From the NCBI GenBank assembly GCA_963675745.2, contig CAXXWX010000026.1, forward strand, positions 736,001-800,000: 64,000 nt of DNA, given 5' to 3'. The position numbers and the translations under genes were made by a program. Numbering within the stretch: the first letter of the stretch is position 1; each line of letters begins with the position of its first letter. Source of the DNA: Phycisphaerae bacterium. GTDB lineage: Bacteria; Planctomycetota; Phycisphaerae; UBA1845; Fen-1342. Below the pieces are notes generated by a model that searched no databases, was not told the origin of the DNA, and was given only the letters and a program-made list of their open reading frames with translations. Shown piece by piece: positions 30,123-40,279 of the stretch.

Positions 30123-30527
30123 ATGTCGATGTCGACGGTAACTCGAGATGAGATTATGGAGAAGGTGACCGAGACTCTCGTTGACGCGTTGAGCGTCGAG
30201 GAGGACGAGGTTACCGAGCAAGCTCGATTGACCGAGGATCTCGGGGCCGAGTCCATCGACTTCCTCGATATCGTCTTTCGGCTTGAAAAGTCCTTCAACA
30301 TCAAGATCCCGCAGGATGAGCTGATCCCACGCGACATCCTCAGCAATCCCGACTACGTCGACGATCGCAAACTCAATGCGGCGGGACTCGCGGCGCTCAA
30401 ACAGGGTATGCCCCACGCCGACCTCGGCGAGTTTGAGAAAGACCCCGACATTGACAAGATCTCCGACGTCTTCACGGTCGGCACGATCGTGCGCTTTGTG
30501 GAAGCGAAGCTGGCCGCGGGAAACTGA
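30123..30527 (+). CDS. Acyl carrier protein with a ~50-aa internal insertion
   Basis: DLGAESIDFLDIVFRLEKSFNIKIP (phosphopantetheine Ser) ... FTVGTIVRFVE; GGAGG RBS. Confidence 0.92.
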   Translation: MSMSTVTRDEIMEKVTETLVDALSVEEDEVTEQARLTEDLGAESIDFLDIVFRLEKSFNIKIPQDELIPRDILSNPDYVDDRKLNAAGLAALKQGMPHADLGEFEKDPDIDKISDVFTVGTIVRFVEAKLAAGN

Positions 30528-30535
30528 GGTAGACG

Positions 30536-31024
30536 GTGCGCTGGATCTGGATTGATCGATTCGAGACCTTCGAATCAGGACATCGGGCCGTGGCGGTGAA
30601 GAACGTCACGATGGCCGAGGACCATCTGCACGACCACTTCCCGGGCATGCCCATCATGCCGGCCAGCCTGATGATCGAGGGCATGGCCCAGACCGCCGGG
30701 ATTCTCGTCGGTGAGGCCAAGAACTTCACCGAGAAAGTGATCCTGGCCAAGGTGAAGCACGCGCGCTTCGACTCGATTGTGCGGCCCGGCGATCAGATCC
30801 GCTATGACGCCACCGTCGAGCAGCTTACCGACTCGGCCGCCGTCACCAGCGGACGCATCACCGTCGGCGACGAGCTTGTCGGCGAGGTCGAGATCGTGTT
30901 CTCGCACATCGATCAAAACATCAGCGGGTTGGCATTCCCCGAAGAGAATTTCGTCTTCACACCTGAGTTCATGTCACTGCTGAACACCTACCGGCGCAGC
31001 GGGGAGGCAAGGGTGGCCCTATGA
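30536..31024 (+). CDS. Second FabZ-family dehydratase
   Basis: WIWIDR, KNVT.AEDHLHDHFPG.PIMPASLMIEGMAQ and VRPGDQ. Confidence 0.9.
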   Translation: MRWIWIDRFETFESGHRAVAVKNVTMAEDHLHDHFPGMPIMPASLMIEGMAQTAGILVGEAKNFTEKVILAKVKHARFDSIVRPGDQIRYDATVEQLTDSAAVTSGRITVGDELVGEVEIVFSHIDQNISGLAFPEENFVFTPEFMSLLNTYRRSGEARVAL

Positions 31025-32367
31025 GTAGGCGCCGCGTCGTCGTTACCGGGCTGGGCCCCGTGACGTCCATCGGGATCGGAGTGAGCGACTTCTGGGGGGC
31101 CCTGGTCGAGGGACGCTCGGGGATTCGACGGCTGGAGTCCTTTGACCCGGCGCGCTTCGACTCGCAGATCGGGGGCGAGATCGACGAAGTCAAGTTCGCG
31201 AACTACGTCCCCAAGAGCTATCGCAAGGGTGCGAAGATCGTATCACGCGATATCGTCCTGGCCGTCGCGGCCGCCTACGAAGCCGTCAAAGACGCCGGCC
31301 TGACCACCAAGTGTCTGGTTGAGCGTGGTGAGGGAGCGGACGAGCCCAACGTGGATTCGCCCAGGTTCGGCGCCAATATCGGCGCGGGTCTGATCTGTGC
31401 CGATCTTCCGGAGTTGGCCGCGGCGCTCGCCATTGCCAAGGCGCCTGACGGCACATTCGATATGCACAAGTGGGGCACCGACGGCATGAACGACCTCACG
31501 CCGCTCTGGCTGCTCAAGTTTCTGCCGAACATGCTGGCCTGCCACGTCACGATCGTGCACCAGGCGCGCGGCCCCAGCAACACGATCACCTGCGGCGAAG
31601 CCAGCAGCCATCTCGCGATCGGAGAGGCATACCGCACTATCGAGGGCGGTACGGCGGAGGTGTGCATCTGCGGCGGCGCCGAGAGCAAAACCAACCCGAT
31701 GGCGCTTATCCGACAATCGCTCGGCAAGCGTCTGAGTCGGCGGAACGACACGCCGGAAAGCGCCTGTCGCCCGTTTGCCGCCGACCGCGATGGAACCGCC
31801 ATCTCCGAAGGCGGTGGGCTGGTTATCATCGAAGAGCTCGAACACGCACAAGCGCGTGGCGCCCGGATTTACGCCGAGTTGGTGGGTTTTGGCGCGAGTA
31901 ATGACGCATATCACCCCAGTCAGCCCAGCAAACCGCATCCAGAGGGTCGCGGTGTGGCACTGGCCATCAGGAAGGCGCTCAAGGACGCAGCCCTCGCCCC
32001 TGACCAGATCAGCATGGCGGCAGCGTGTGCGTGCGGCCTCATCGATCATGACGCGGCCGAAGCTCGCGCCCTGCACACGGTCTTCGGCGCGCGCACGCCG
32101 GAGTTGCCGATCATGGCGATCAAGGGTGGGATCGGCAACAACGGTGCCGGCAGCGGCGCCGTCGATTTCATCGCCGCCGTCCTCGCACTCCACAACCGCA
32201 CGATCCCCGGTGCGATCAACAGCGGCAACGCCGACCCGGCGTGCAACCTGAACGTCGTCGCGCCAGGGCCGACTGACGCGAACATTGACGCGGCGGTATC
32301 CGCGTCTTACGCACTCGGCGGCGGCCAGAACGCGGCTTTGGTAATCAAACGCTACGCAGCGCAGTGA
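31021..32367 (+). CDS. Ketosynthase-like protein lacking the catalytic triad (chain-length-factor-like)
   Basis: RRVVVTGLG, CRPF..DRDG and EGGG are present. TAC is replaced by CGE, HGTGT by CACGL, and GH by GN. Confidence 0.85.
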   Translation: MSRRRVVVTGLGPVTSIGIGVSDFWGALVEGRSGIRRLESFDPARFDSQIGGEIDEVKFANYVPKSYRKGAKIVSRDIVLAVAAAYEAVKDAGLTTKCLVERGEGADEPNVDSPRFGANIGAGLICADLPELAAALAIAKAPDGTFDMHKWGTDGMNDLTPLWLLKFLPNMLACHVTIVHQARGPSNTITCGEASSHLAIGEAYRTIEGGTAEVCICGGAESKTNPMALIRQSLGKRLSRRNDTPESACRPFAADRDGTAISEGGGLVIIEELEHAQARGARIYAELVGFGASNDAYHPSQPSKPHPEGRGVALAIRKALKDAALAPDQISMAAACACGLIDHDAAEARALHTVFGARTPELPIMAIKGGIGNNGAGSGAVDFIAAVLALHNRTIPGAINSGNADPACNLNVVAPGPTDANIDAAVSASYALGGGQNAALVIKRYAAQ

Positions 32368-32393
32368 CACGCGGGAGAAGCGGACACCAGGCG

Positions 32394-33689
32394 ATGAAAA
32401 GACGAGTGGTCATCACGGGCATGGGTTGGATCACGCCGCTCGGCTGCGACGTCGAAGCGGTCTGGCAGCGCCTGTTGAAAGGCGACAGCGGCATTCTGCC
32501 CACGACGATCTTTGACGCCACCACATTTCCGACCACGTTTGCCGCGGAAGTGAAGGATTTCGATCTGAAGCACTTCCTCGGGGAGCGTTACGCCGACCAC
32601 CAGACTTGCAGCCGCAATGCCGGATTCGCGCTGGCGGCGGCGGAGCTCGCCTGGCAACACGCCGGACTGAACGGCGCCCCCGGCGTCGATCCGGAGATGG
32701 TGGGTGTTTATCTCGGATCGGGTGAGGGGCCCATCGATTTTGACAACTTCGCGGCGGCGGCGCTGGCGGGCTGGGACGGCGCCGAGCGCAAGCTGGACGC
32801 CGCGCGCTGGGCCGAGGCCGGTTATGAGCGTCTCGATGCGGTGAAGGAGTTTGAGCAGGATCCGAACTGTGCCGCCGGCCATCTGGCCTGCCGCTTCAAT
32901 GCGCAGGGTCCGAACCTGAACACGCTGACGGCTTGCGCCGCCAGCACGCAGGCGCTCGGCGAGGCCAGCCGGCTGATTCGGCGCGGCGACGCGGATGTGA
33001 TGATCTCGGGTGGGGCGCACAGCATGATTCACCCGCTGGGCGTCACGGGTTTCAATCGTCTGACCGCGCTGTCCACGCGCAATGATGATTGCACGACGTC
33101 TTCGCGGCCGTTCGACAGCACGCGCGACGGCTTTGTGCTCGGCGAAGGCTCGGGCATTCTGATCCTCGAGGAATACGAGGTCGCCCGGAGACGTGGAGCG
33201 CGAATCCTGGCCGAGATTACCGGGTTTGGCTCGACCGCCGACGCCTTCCGTGTAACTGATATGCACGATGAGGGTCGCGGAGCGGTCGGCGCGATGAGCG
33301 CTGCACTGGCGGACGCCGGCGTTGAGCCCGCGGATATCGACTACATCTCGGCCCACGGCACGGGCACCGAGGAAAACGACAAGATCGAATCAAAAGCCAT
33401 ACAAACGCTGTTCGGCGAGCGCGCGTCGCAGGTTCCGGTGAGCAGCGTCAAGAGCATGTTCGGCCACTTGATCGCGGGCGCGGGGGCCGTCGAGCTGATC
33501 ACGTGCGTGCTCGCGCTGCGCGACGGCGTCATCCCGCCGACCATGAACTACACGCATCCCGATCCCAACTGCACGCTCGACTACGTCCCCAACAAACCCC
33601 GCAAGGCACAGCTTAAGACCGTGTTGTCAAACAGCTTCGGCTTCGGCGGTCAAAACGACACCATTGTCGTCAAGGCGATTGACCAGTAG
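32394..33689 (+). CDS. fabF: Beta-ketoacyl-ACP synthase II family protein (catalytically intact)
   Basis: TACAAS, AHGTGT, KSMFGHLIAGAG and SNSFGFGGQN. Confidence 0.92.
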   Translation: MKRRVVITGMGWITPLGCDVEAVWQRLLKGDSGILPTTIFDATTFPTTFAAEVKDFDLKHFLGERYADHQTCSRNAGFALAAAELAWQHAGLNGAPGVDPEMVGVYLGSGEGPIDFDNFAAAALAGWDGAERKLDAARWAEAGYERLDAVKEFEQDPNCAAGHLACRFNAQGPNLNTLTACAASTQALGEASRLIRRGDADVMISGGAHSMIHPLGVTGFNRLTALSTRNDDCTTSSRPFDSTRDGFVLGEGSGILILEEYEVARRRGARILAEITGFGSTADAFRVTDMHDEGRGAVGAMSAALADAGVEPADIDYISAHGTGTEENDKIESKAIQTLFGERASQVPVSSVKSMFGHLIAGAGAVELITCVLALRDGVIPPTMNYTHPDPNCTLDYVPNKPRKAQLKTVLSNSFGFGGQNDTIVVKAIDQ

Positions 33690-33799
33690 CGCCGAGCCAC
33701 TGCGCCCGACCGTCGCCGCCGTCGTTCCACGGCCAACGAGGCCGGGTGCCATGCCGACGGCTGTTCGCGTCGGCATGTCCTTCGGTGTGGCTGCGGCAG

Positions 33800-36049
33800 T
33801 CAGTGTGTTAAGGCGTATAGCACTATGTTGGCGGCGAGGCGTTGGGCGTCGGTGGGTTCCAGGCCGCGGCAACCGAAGGCGGCTTGGGCACTTGTCCCGC
33901 AGAGATACGCGTAAGGGCTGTAGACCAGCGCCAGACGCCCGTCCAGAGTGAGTCCCCACAGTTCGGGCATATCCAGACCCGGTTGCTCGCTGAGTGCGGC
34001 GGCGTTGTAGCGCACGTGGCTCACATCGAAACCCGGCCGGCCTTGAATGATCGCATGGTCCACCGGCAAACGCGCGAGCTGTGCGTTCGGGAACGTCTCG
34101 GCGATCATCGCGCGGAATGCCTCATCGAAGGACTCCCAGCCGCAACACGCGTCGGCCATTAAGAAACCCGCCCCGCCTGAGATGGCCGGCCAATGCCGTA
34201 CGCGTTCCTCCGGCGATAGAGTGAACCCCGAACAGCCGGTCATGTAGAGGATGGGACTGGTGGCGAGCTCTTCGCTGGTCAGGCGCAACTGCCGATAGCG
34301 CGAGACGACGTCGAGCTTAAGCTCGTCGCGCAGGAACTCCGCCAGGCCGACCGGCGCCAGCGGATAGGGCCGCCAATCGCCGTCGTATACGATCTGCGTG
34401 AGTCGCAACGCGTCGCCGGGTGGCGTGCCGGGGTCGTCCGGCTGGTCGGCTTCGGGCATGACCAGTGCATCGAGCCGATCGCGCAACGGTCGCCGACCCA
34501 GGGCGTGCGCCGCGATATTCGCGCCGAGTTGCAGCGCCTTCTCGCTCAACGCGGGCTTGGTGGTCATTTCCCACAGCGCGCCGATGTTCGCCGGCGAGAA
34601 AAACACAGCAGTTCGGCAGCCAACGTCGATGCCGCGCAGCTCGGCGGGCTCAAGGTCAAACTCAAGGTGATAAACCGGATGGGCCGGGCCCAGCTCGCGT
34701 AGCGGATACTCCGGGAATGTCGCGCTGGCGAATTGCTCGAATCCCTGCACAAACGCACGCCGCCGGCAGCACGCGTCGAAGAAAATCGTGCCGCCCTGCT
34801 CGACGTATTCGCGCAGTTTCTCACGTTGGCGCGCGGACCATTTGGGAAACTGATGCCCCTCGACATACAGCAGGGGCGCTTCGAGCCACTCGCTCAACGG
34901 CGCCTCGAACGGTATCGACTGAGAGGCGGTTGCTTTCCCGAACCGGTCGCCAACGAAGCCAACCAGGCCGGCCACGTCATAACGATCCAGGTTCCACTGC
35001 TGGTCGTCCGACCACTTGAGTTTCTGTACGAGCAGGGGCTTGCGCCCCTTGGCCAGGAACATCACGGCGAAGCAGGTGTTGTGGAAGTCGCCGGTCCACG
35101 TGCCGTCGGCGCGCTGGTGGCTCACCAGGTACGCCGCGCCTTCGCGGTACCAGTCATGCCCGCCGAAGTAACGCTCGCCGGAGAAGATCCCGGTGCGTTC
35201 GACTGCCAACAGCCAGTAGTACACCCAGTTATCGTCGCCGCCCGGGTGGTGGTCGGCCCTGAACGCGCGGGACAGCCACTCCATGCCCTCGGCCATAGGC
35301 CGGCTGTAGCGATACTCGCCGCAGTGCGTCACGACACCGTTGGAGTAGTTGCGACCCATGCGCGCCGCGGCTCGTTCACCGACGATGTGCAGATTGGTGA
35401 CATTGGCCGCGGTGGCGGCACCGAAACTGCTGCCGCGCGCCCGATAGCTCCACCCGCCGTCGGATTGCTGCGTGTCGAGAACGGCTTTGCGGATGTCGCG
35501 CCACACGCCCCGCGGGATCTCCGCACCGGCTTCGGCGGCGGCGTGCAACCCGAGTAGTGCGAACTGCGTGTTCGAGTGGTCGAAGTTGCAGTTCGCCGCG
35601 CTCGCGCCGTATGACCACAGGCCGCTCGGGCAGCGCGTGAGCAGCAGCCAGTCGGCGGCGGCGTCGATCTCAGCGCGGTATCGATCGGGATCCGCGGCCG
35701 CCGCCAGCGCCATCAGCTTGAGCCCGACAACATATGTCCGCTCATTTGGCACAGCGCGTACGCGTTCGAGTGCGGCGGCGAGTAGCGGCGACTTGGGTGA
35801 CTCGCCGGCCTCGAGCAGCGCCAGACTCGCCAGGCAAGTGTAACCGCCGGTGTACCGGCGATATTCAGGCCATGAACCATCGGCGCGACACCGCTGCTTG
35901 ATCGCAATCACGCCTTCCTCAAGAGCCCGATTCACTTCGGCACTGGTCACGTCGGCGCGACCGGTTGCGGGCGTACCGGCCGCGACGCCAGCGATCAACC
36001 CGACGACCACAACCAACCACGACCCGCGGTTTCGCGTGCATCGAACCAT
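33800..36049 (-). CDS. Secreted protein with prenyltransferase-like alpha/alpha-barrel repeats and two DUF4159-like domains
   Basis: Signal peptide, D.SNTQFALLGL, QQSDGGWSY, HDWYREGA.YL..Q.ADG.W, and two LREY...GG..F.DAC..F modules. Confidence 0.8.
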   Translation of the reverse strand: MVRCTRNRGSWLVVVVGLIAGVAAGTPATGRADVTSAEVNRALEEGVIAIKQRCRADGSWPEYRRYTGGYTCLASLALLEAGESPKSPLLAAALERVRAVPNERTYVVGLKLMALAAAADPDRYRAEIDAAADWLLLTRCPSGLWSYGASAANCNFDHSNTQFALLGLHAAAEAGAEIPRGVWRDIRKAVLDTQQSDGGWSYRARGSSFGAATAANVTNLHIVGERAAARMGRNYSNGVVTHCGEYRYSRPMAEGMEWLSRAFRADHHPGGDDNWVYYWLLAVERTGIFSGERYFGGHDWYREGAAYLVSHQRADGTWTGDFHNTCFAVMFLAKGRKPLLVQKLKWSDDQQWNLDRYDVAGLVGFVGDRFGKATASQSIPFEAPLSEWLEAPLLYVEGHQFPKWSARQREKLREYVEQGGTIFFDACCRRRAFVQGFEQFASATFPEYPLRELGPAHPVYHLEFDLEPAELRGIDVGCRTAVFFSPANIGALWEMTTKPALSEKALQLGANIAAHALGRRPLRDRLDALVMPEADQPDDPGTPPGDALRLTQIVYDGDWRPYPLAPVGLAEFLRDELKLDVVSRYRQLRLTSEELATSPILYMTGCSGFTLSPEERVRHWPAISGGAGFLMADACCGWESFDEAFRAMIAETFPNAQLARLPVDHAIIQGRPGFDVSHVRYNAAALSEQPGLDMPELWGLTLDGRLALVYSPYAYLCGTSAQAAFGCRGLEPTDAQRLAANIVLYALTH

Positions 36050-36133
36050 CGGGCACAGTATAGCGGCGACAGCCCGGCGGCAGGTCTCGCTTCGCTCAAC
36101 CTACCCTACTATGCTCGACCTACCCTACGCGGC

Positions 36134-36168
36134 TGTTCCCCGTTCCCCGTTCCCTGTTCCCCGCTCCC
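36134..36168. repeat. Tandem heptamer GTTCCC(C/T) array (same family as 29354-29441)
   Basis: TGTTCCCCGTTCCCCGTTCCCTGTTCCCCGCTCCC. Confidence 0.75.
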
Positions 36169-36215
36169 GGCCCCGCACCTCGTCAGGCGCCCGCCGCGGT
36201 GCTATAGTGCGACTT

Positions 36216-37133
36216 ATGGCGGCGTCAGCCAGTGAATCTGAGCCCTGGACGGTCAAACGGCTGCTTGGCTGGACACAGGAGCACTTCGCGCGTCAGGGCC
36301 TCGAATCGCCGCGCCTGTGCAGCGAGATTCTGCTGGCGCATGCGATGGGCTGCCAACGGCTGATGCTCTTTACGCAGCATGAGCTTGTGCCGGGCAAGGA
36401 TGTGCTGGATGCGTTTCGCGCCAACGTCCAGCAGGCCGCCGAGGGTCGGCCGATAGCACATCTGACCGGCAGCAAGGAGTTCTTCTCACTGTCGTTTGAG
36501 GTCAGTGCCGATGTGCTGATCCCGCGCCCGGAGACCGAGATACTGGTCGAGCGCGTGATCCATCTTGTGCGGCACGGCGGCCAACCCGCTCCGACGATTA
36601 TCGACCTCGGAACCGGCAGCGGCTGCATCGCGATCAGCCTGGCCGCAAACCTGCCCGACGCCAAGGTGATCGCCACGGATATCTCCGAGCAAGCGATCAC
36701 AGTCGCCCGGCGAAACGCCGAACGTCACGGTGTGTCCGACCGCATCGATTTTCTGGTCGGAGACCTACTGGCCCCCTGGGAGCACTCTTCGGGCAGCCGT
36801 CCGGCGGACATCATCGTCAGCAACCCGCCTTATATCGCGGAAACGCAGGTCGACACGCTATCCAGGACGGTGCGCGCGTTTGAGCCACATGCGGCGTTGT
36901 TTGGTGGACGTGACGGTCTGGCGGTGATACGGCGCATATTGGCGGAAGCGCCGCGCTGGATGGTGCCAGGCGGCCATTTGCTGCTGGAGATCGCTTTTGA
37001 CCAGGCGGAACGCGTGCGCGACTTACCGGATGCCGCGCACTGGACCGATCTGGTGACGTACCGCGACGGCGGCGGCCATGAGCGCGTGGTGCATCTCCGC
37101 CGCCGCGCCGATGATCAATCACAAGTAGCGTGA
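36216..37133 (+). CDS. prmC: Release factor glutamine methyltransferase
   Basis: WTVKRLL.WT, VLIPRPETE, DLGTGSGCIA, IVSNPPYI and EPH.ALFGG.DGL. Confidence 0.96.
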   Translation: MAASASESEPWTVKRLLGWTQEHFARQGLESPRLCSEILLAHAMGCQRLMLFTQHELVPGKDVLDAFRANVQQAAEGRPIAHLTGSKEFFSLSFEVSADVLIPRPETEILVERVIHLVRHGGQPAPTIIDLGTGSGCIAISLAANLPDAKVIATDISEQAITVARRNAERHGVSDRIDFLVGDLLAPWEHSSGSRPADIIVSNPPYIAETQVDTLSRTVRAFEPHAALFGGRDGLAVIRRILAEAPRWMVPGGHLLLEIAFDQAERVRDLPDAAHWTDLVTYRDGGGHERVVHLRRRADDQSQVA

Positions 37134-37144
37134 AAGGAAGCACG

Positions 37145-38425
37145 ATGTCGCTGCCGTATTTCGAGATTCGCGGGGGCAATCGCCTCAAGGGGGCGGTGCG
37201 TATCAGCGGCGCCAAAAACGCCGCCCTGCCCATCATGGCCGCCTGCATTCTGTGCGAGGGCGAAGTGATCCTGCACGACGTGCCCGAGGTCAGCGACGTG
37301 CGCTTTCTGGGCGACCTGCTGACCAAGCTGGGCGTGGATGTCAGCCGGCAGGCGGACGGTTCGCTGCGCCTCGTGGTGCGCGACGAGATGAACTGCAAAG
37401 CCGAGTACGACATAGTCCGCAAGATGCGCGCCTCGATCTGCGTGCTCGGGCCGCTGCTGGCCAAGCGCGGCCAGGCCCAGGTCTCGATGCCCGGTGGCTG
37501 CCTGATCGGTGATCGACCGGTCAACCTGCACCTCGCCGCCATGCGCAAGCTCGGCGCCGACATCGACCTGATGACCGGCGACATCGCCGCCAAAGCGCGC
37601 AAGCTGAAGGGCACCGAGATGTTTCTCGGGGGGCCGTTCGGATCCACCGTGCTCGGCACGGCCAATGCCATGATGGCGGCCACCCTGGCCGCGGGGCGCA
37701 CCGTGATCGAGATGGCCGCCTGTGAACCCGAGGTCGTCGACCTGGCTGACTTCCTCAACAAGTGCGGCGCGCAAATCAGTGGCCAGGGCACCCCCCGCAT
37801 TACCGTTGAGGGCGTCAAGGAGCTGAAGGGCTGCGAGTATCGGATCATCCCCGACCGCATCGAGGCCGGCACGTTCATGGTCGCCGCGGCCATCACCAAC
37901 GGCGACGTCAAGCTCGAGAATTGTCGACTTGACCACCTGGTGGCGTTCGTCGATCGACTTAACGCGGTTGGTGTGAATGTGGAGCGCAACGGGGAGCTGG
38001 TCGGGGTTACGTCGGCCCGGCGCCTGGAGCCCGTCGACGTAACCACCCAGCCGTTCCCGGGCATGCCGACCGATTTACAGGCCCAGCTCATGGCCCTGTT
38101 GTGCCTCGCGGATGGCAACAGCATTATCACGGAGAAAATCTACCCGGATCGCTACCTGCACGTGCCCGAGCTGAACCGCATGGGCGCCCGGTTGCGGCGC
38201 GAAGGACCAACAGTGATTGTGCAGGGGGTGAAACGGCTGCTCGGAGCGCCGGTGATGGCGTCAGACCTGCGCGCGTCGGCGGCGCTGGTGTTGGCCGGCC
38301 TCTGCGCGCGCGGCACGACACAGGTGAATCGCATATACCACATCGACCGGGGTTATCAGAGAATCGACGAGAAACTCCGCACGCTCGGCGCCGACATCGA
38401 ACGGCTGGAAGGCGGCAAGGAATAG
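37145..38425 (+). CDS. murA: UDP-N-acetylglucosamine 1-carboxyvinyltransferase
   Basis: [26 protein letters not shown] (Cys-type), [23 protein letters not shown] and HIDRGY. Confidence 0.97.
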   Translation: MSLPYFEIRGGNRLKGAVRISGAKNAALPIMAACILCEGEVILHDVPEVSDVRFLGDLLTKLGVDVSRQADGSLRLVVRDEMNCKAEYDIVRKMRASICVLGPLLAKRGQAQVSMPGGCLIGDRPVNLHLAAMRKLGADIDLMTGDIAAKARKLKGTEMFLGGPFGSTVLGTANAMMAATLAAGRTVIEMAACEPEVVDLADFLNKCGAQISGQGTPRITVEGVKELKGCEYRIIPDRIEAGTFMVAAAITNGDVKLENCRLDHLVAFVDRLNAVGVNVERNGELVGVTSARRLEPVDVTTQPFPGMPTDLQAQLMALLCLADGNSIITEKIYPDRYLHVPELNRMGARLRREGPTVIVQGVKRLLGAPVMASDLRASAALVLAGLCARGTTQVNRIYHIDRGYQRIDEKLRTLGADIERLEGGKE

Positions 38426-38550
38426 CTGAAAAACACGCGCGCCAGCGGCGCAGCGCCACGCCGGCGGAATCGGCCACTCGTTGCGGCGGCCGCGGCGCGG
38501 CACTCACCATTGACACCACCAGGCATGCTTCAACCGCGGGAGCAACTGCG

Positions 38551-39531
38551 ATGACTGCTACACTCATCAAAACGGCCGGCTGGCGCGCCATGTTGCTCGC
38601 CGCAACCCTGACCTCTGCCGCAGCGCTACCGGCCTCGGCCGAGCCCCCACCCGCCGACAAGATAACCGTGGCCGTCAGCATCCTGCCCCAAGCGTATTTC
38701 GTTGAGCGGATCGGCGGCGAAAACGTCGATGTCCTCGTGCTGGTCGGCCCCGGTCAGTCGCCCCATTCCTATGACCCCACACCGCGACAGATTGCCACTC
38801 TGTCCAAGGCCCGCGTGTACTTCCGCATCGGTGTCGAGTTTGAGAGTATCGTCATGCCGCGCGTGCGGCGCATGTTCCCTGATATGCGCGTCATCGATCT
38901 GCGCGCGGGCCTCAAGCTGCGCGACATGACCGAGGAACACGGGCACGACCACGATCACGGGCACAGTCACGATGACGAACACCAACCCGCCGACGAAGAT
39001 GACCACGACGCTGAAGACGGCGACTACTCAGGCAAGGACCCGCACACCTGGCTCAGCCCACTTATGGCCAAGGCCCAGGCGCGGGCAGTCGCCGACGCAC
39101 TGAGCGATCTTGATCCCGCTCACTCCGACGTGTACCAGCGCAGTCTCCAGGCGCTTCAGCGTGATCTCGATGAGCTGCATCGTGAACTCGCCGAGGTGCT
39201 GGCGCCGGTCAAGGGACAAGATGTTCTGGTCTTCCACCCGGCCTACGGATATTTCCTTGATGAATTCGGCTTGAAGCAGGTGCCGGTTGAGATTGCCGGC
39301 AAGGAGCCGACCGCACGGCAATTGGTCGAACTCATCTCGCGGGCTCGGAAGATGCGTGTCAGGGTGATCTTTGTGCAGCCGCAATTCTCGGAAAAATCCG
39401 CAGCCGCGATCGCGGAGGGTATTGACGGCGTGGTTGTACCGCTGGACCCGTTGGCGCGTGACTACCTGGGCAACCTGCGGCAAATGGCGACTAAAATCAA
39501 AGGTGCATTGCGCGAGCAGAAAGCCCCATGA
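38551..39531 (+). CDS. znuA: Zn/Mn ABC transporter substrate-binding protein
   Basis: SPHSYDPTP, His/Asp-rich loop, DPHTWLSP and FHPAYGYF. Confidence 0.9.
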   Translation: MTATLIKTAGWRAMLLAATLTSAAALPASAEPPPADKITVAVSILPQAYFVERIGGENVDVLVLVGPGQSPHSYDPTPRQIATLSKARVYFRIGVEFESIVMPRVRRMFPDMRVIDLRAGLKLRDMTEEHGHDHDHGHSHDDEHQPADEDDHDAEDGDYSGKDPHTWLSPLMAKAQARAVADALSDLDPAHSDVYQRSLQALQRDLDELHRELAEVLAPVKGQDVLVFHPAYGYFLDEFGLKQVPVEIAGKEPTARQLVELISRARKMRVRVIFVQPQFSEKSAAAIAEGIDGVVVPLDPLARDYLGNLRQMATKIKGALREQKAP

Positions 39532-40271
39532 CCGCGGACACCGTTATCAACATCCAGGGCTTGTCTTTTGCATACAGCGCGGCGCCGGTGCTGGAAAACG
39601 TCAGTTTCCAGATCCGGCGCGGTGACTTCGCGTGCATCGTCGGCCCGAATGGCGGCGGCAAAACCACGTTGCTGAGACTCATGCTTGGCCTGCTGAAGCC
39701 GGCCCAGGGGCAGGTGACCATATTCGGTCAGCCGCCGCACCGGGCACGCCGCCGCATCGGCTATATGCCGCAGCACACACAGCTCGATCCACTGTTTCCC
39801 ATGCGCGTTTACGATGTTGTGCTGATGGGGCGTCTGGGAATTCGGCGCGGATTCGGCCCGTATGGGGCGCAGGATCGCGCCAAGGCCACGGCGGCACTGG
39901 ACGAGGTCGGATTGAACGGGTTTGCCAAGCGCCCCTTCTCGGCGCTCTCGGGGGGCCAGCGACAGCGCGTCTTGATCGCGCGCGCCCTGGCCTGCGATCC
40001 AGACCTGTTGCTGCTTGACGAGCCAACCGCCAACCTCGACCCGGCCGTGCAGGATGACATGACCGGGCTGCTCGGGCGCCTCAGCGAGCGCCTGACCATC
40101 ATCCTCGTCTCGCACGATGTCGGTTTCGTCGTCCGGCATGTTAAGACCGTCGTTTGCGTCAATCGTGAGGTAGTCGTGCACGACGCCGGCAGCCTCACGG
40201 GCGATTCGATCCGCCGGCTTTACGGAGACGAAATGCAGATCGTGCATCATCACCACCAGCACCCGCACTGA
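39528..40271 (+). CDS. znuC: Zn/Mn ABC transporter ATPase with a His-rich C-terminus
   Basis: GPNGGGKTT, LSGGQRQR, LLLDEPT, SHD; ends HHHHQHPH. Confidence 0.92.
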   Translation: MTADTVINIQGLSFAYSAAPVLENVSFQIRRGDFACIVGPNGGGKTTLLRLMLGLLKPAQGQVTIFGQPPHRARRRIGYMPQHTQLDPLFPMRVYDVVLMGRLGIRRGFGPYGAQDRAKATAALDEVGLNGFAKRPFSALSGGQRQRVLIARALACDPDLLLLDEPTANLDPAVQDDMTGLLGRLSERLTIILVSHDVGFVVRHVKTVVCVNREVVVHDAGSLTGDSIRRLYGDEMQIVHHHHQHPH

Positions 40272-40279
40272 GAAACGCC

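Noticed and set aside
29595..33689. Ladderane biosynthesis/anammox assignment
   Set aside because: No radical SAM, desaturase-like or methyltransferase genes are in the cluster and there are no hzs/hdh genes; a KS pair alone is not diagnostic.
33800..36049. Squalene-hopene cyclase
   Set aside because: It has QW-like repeats but no DXDD motif, and carries a signal peptide and DUF4159-like domains.
31243..38130. Long antisense ORFs (e.g. 31243-32370, 32352-33356, 36817-38130)
   Set aside because: Shadow ORFs opposite well-supported genes, expected in high-GC DNA.
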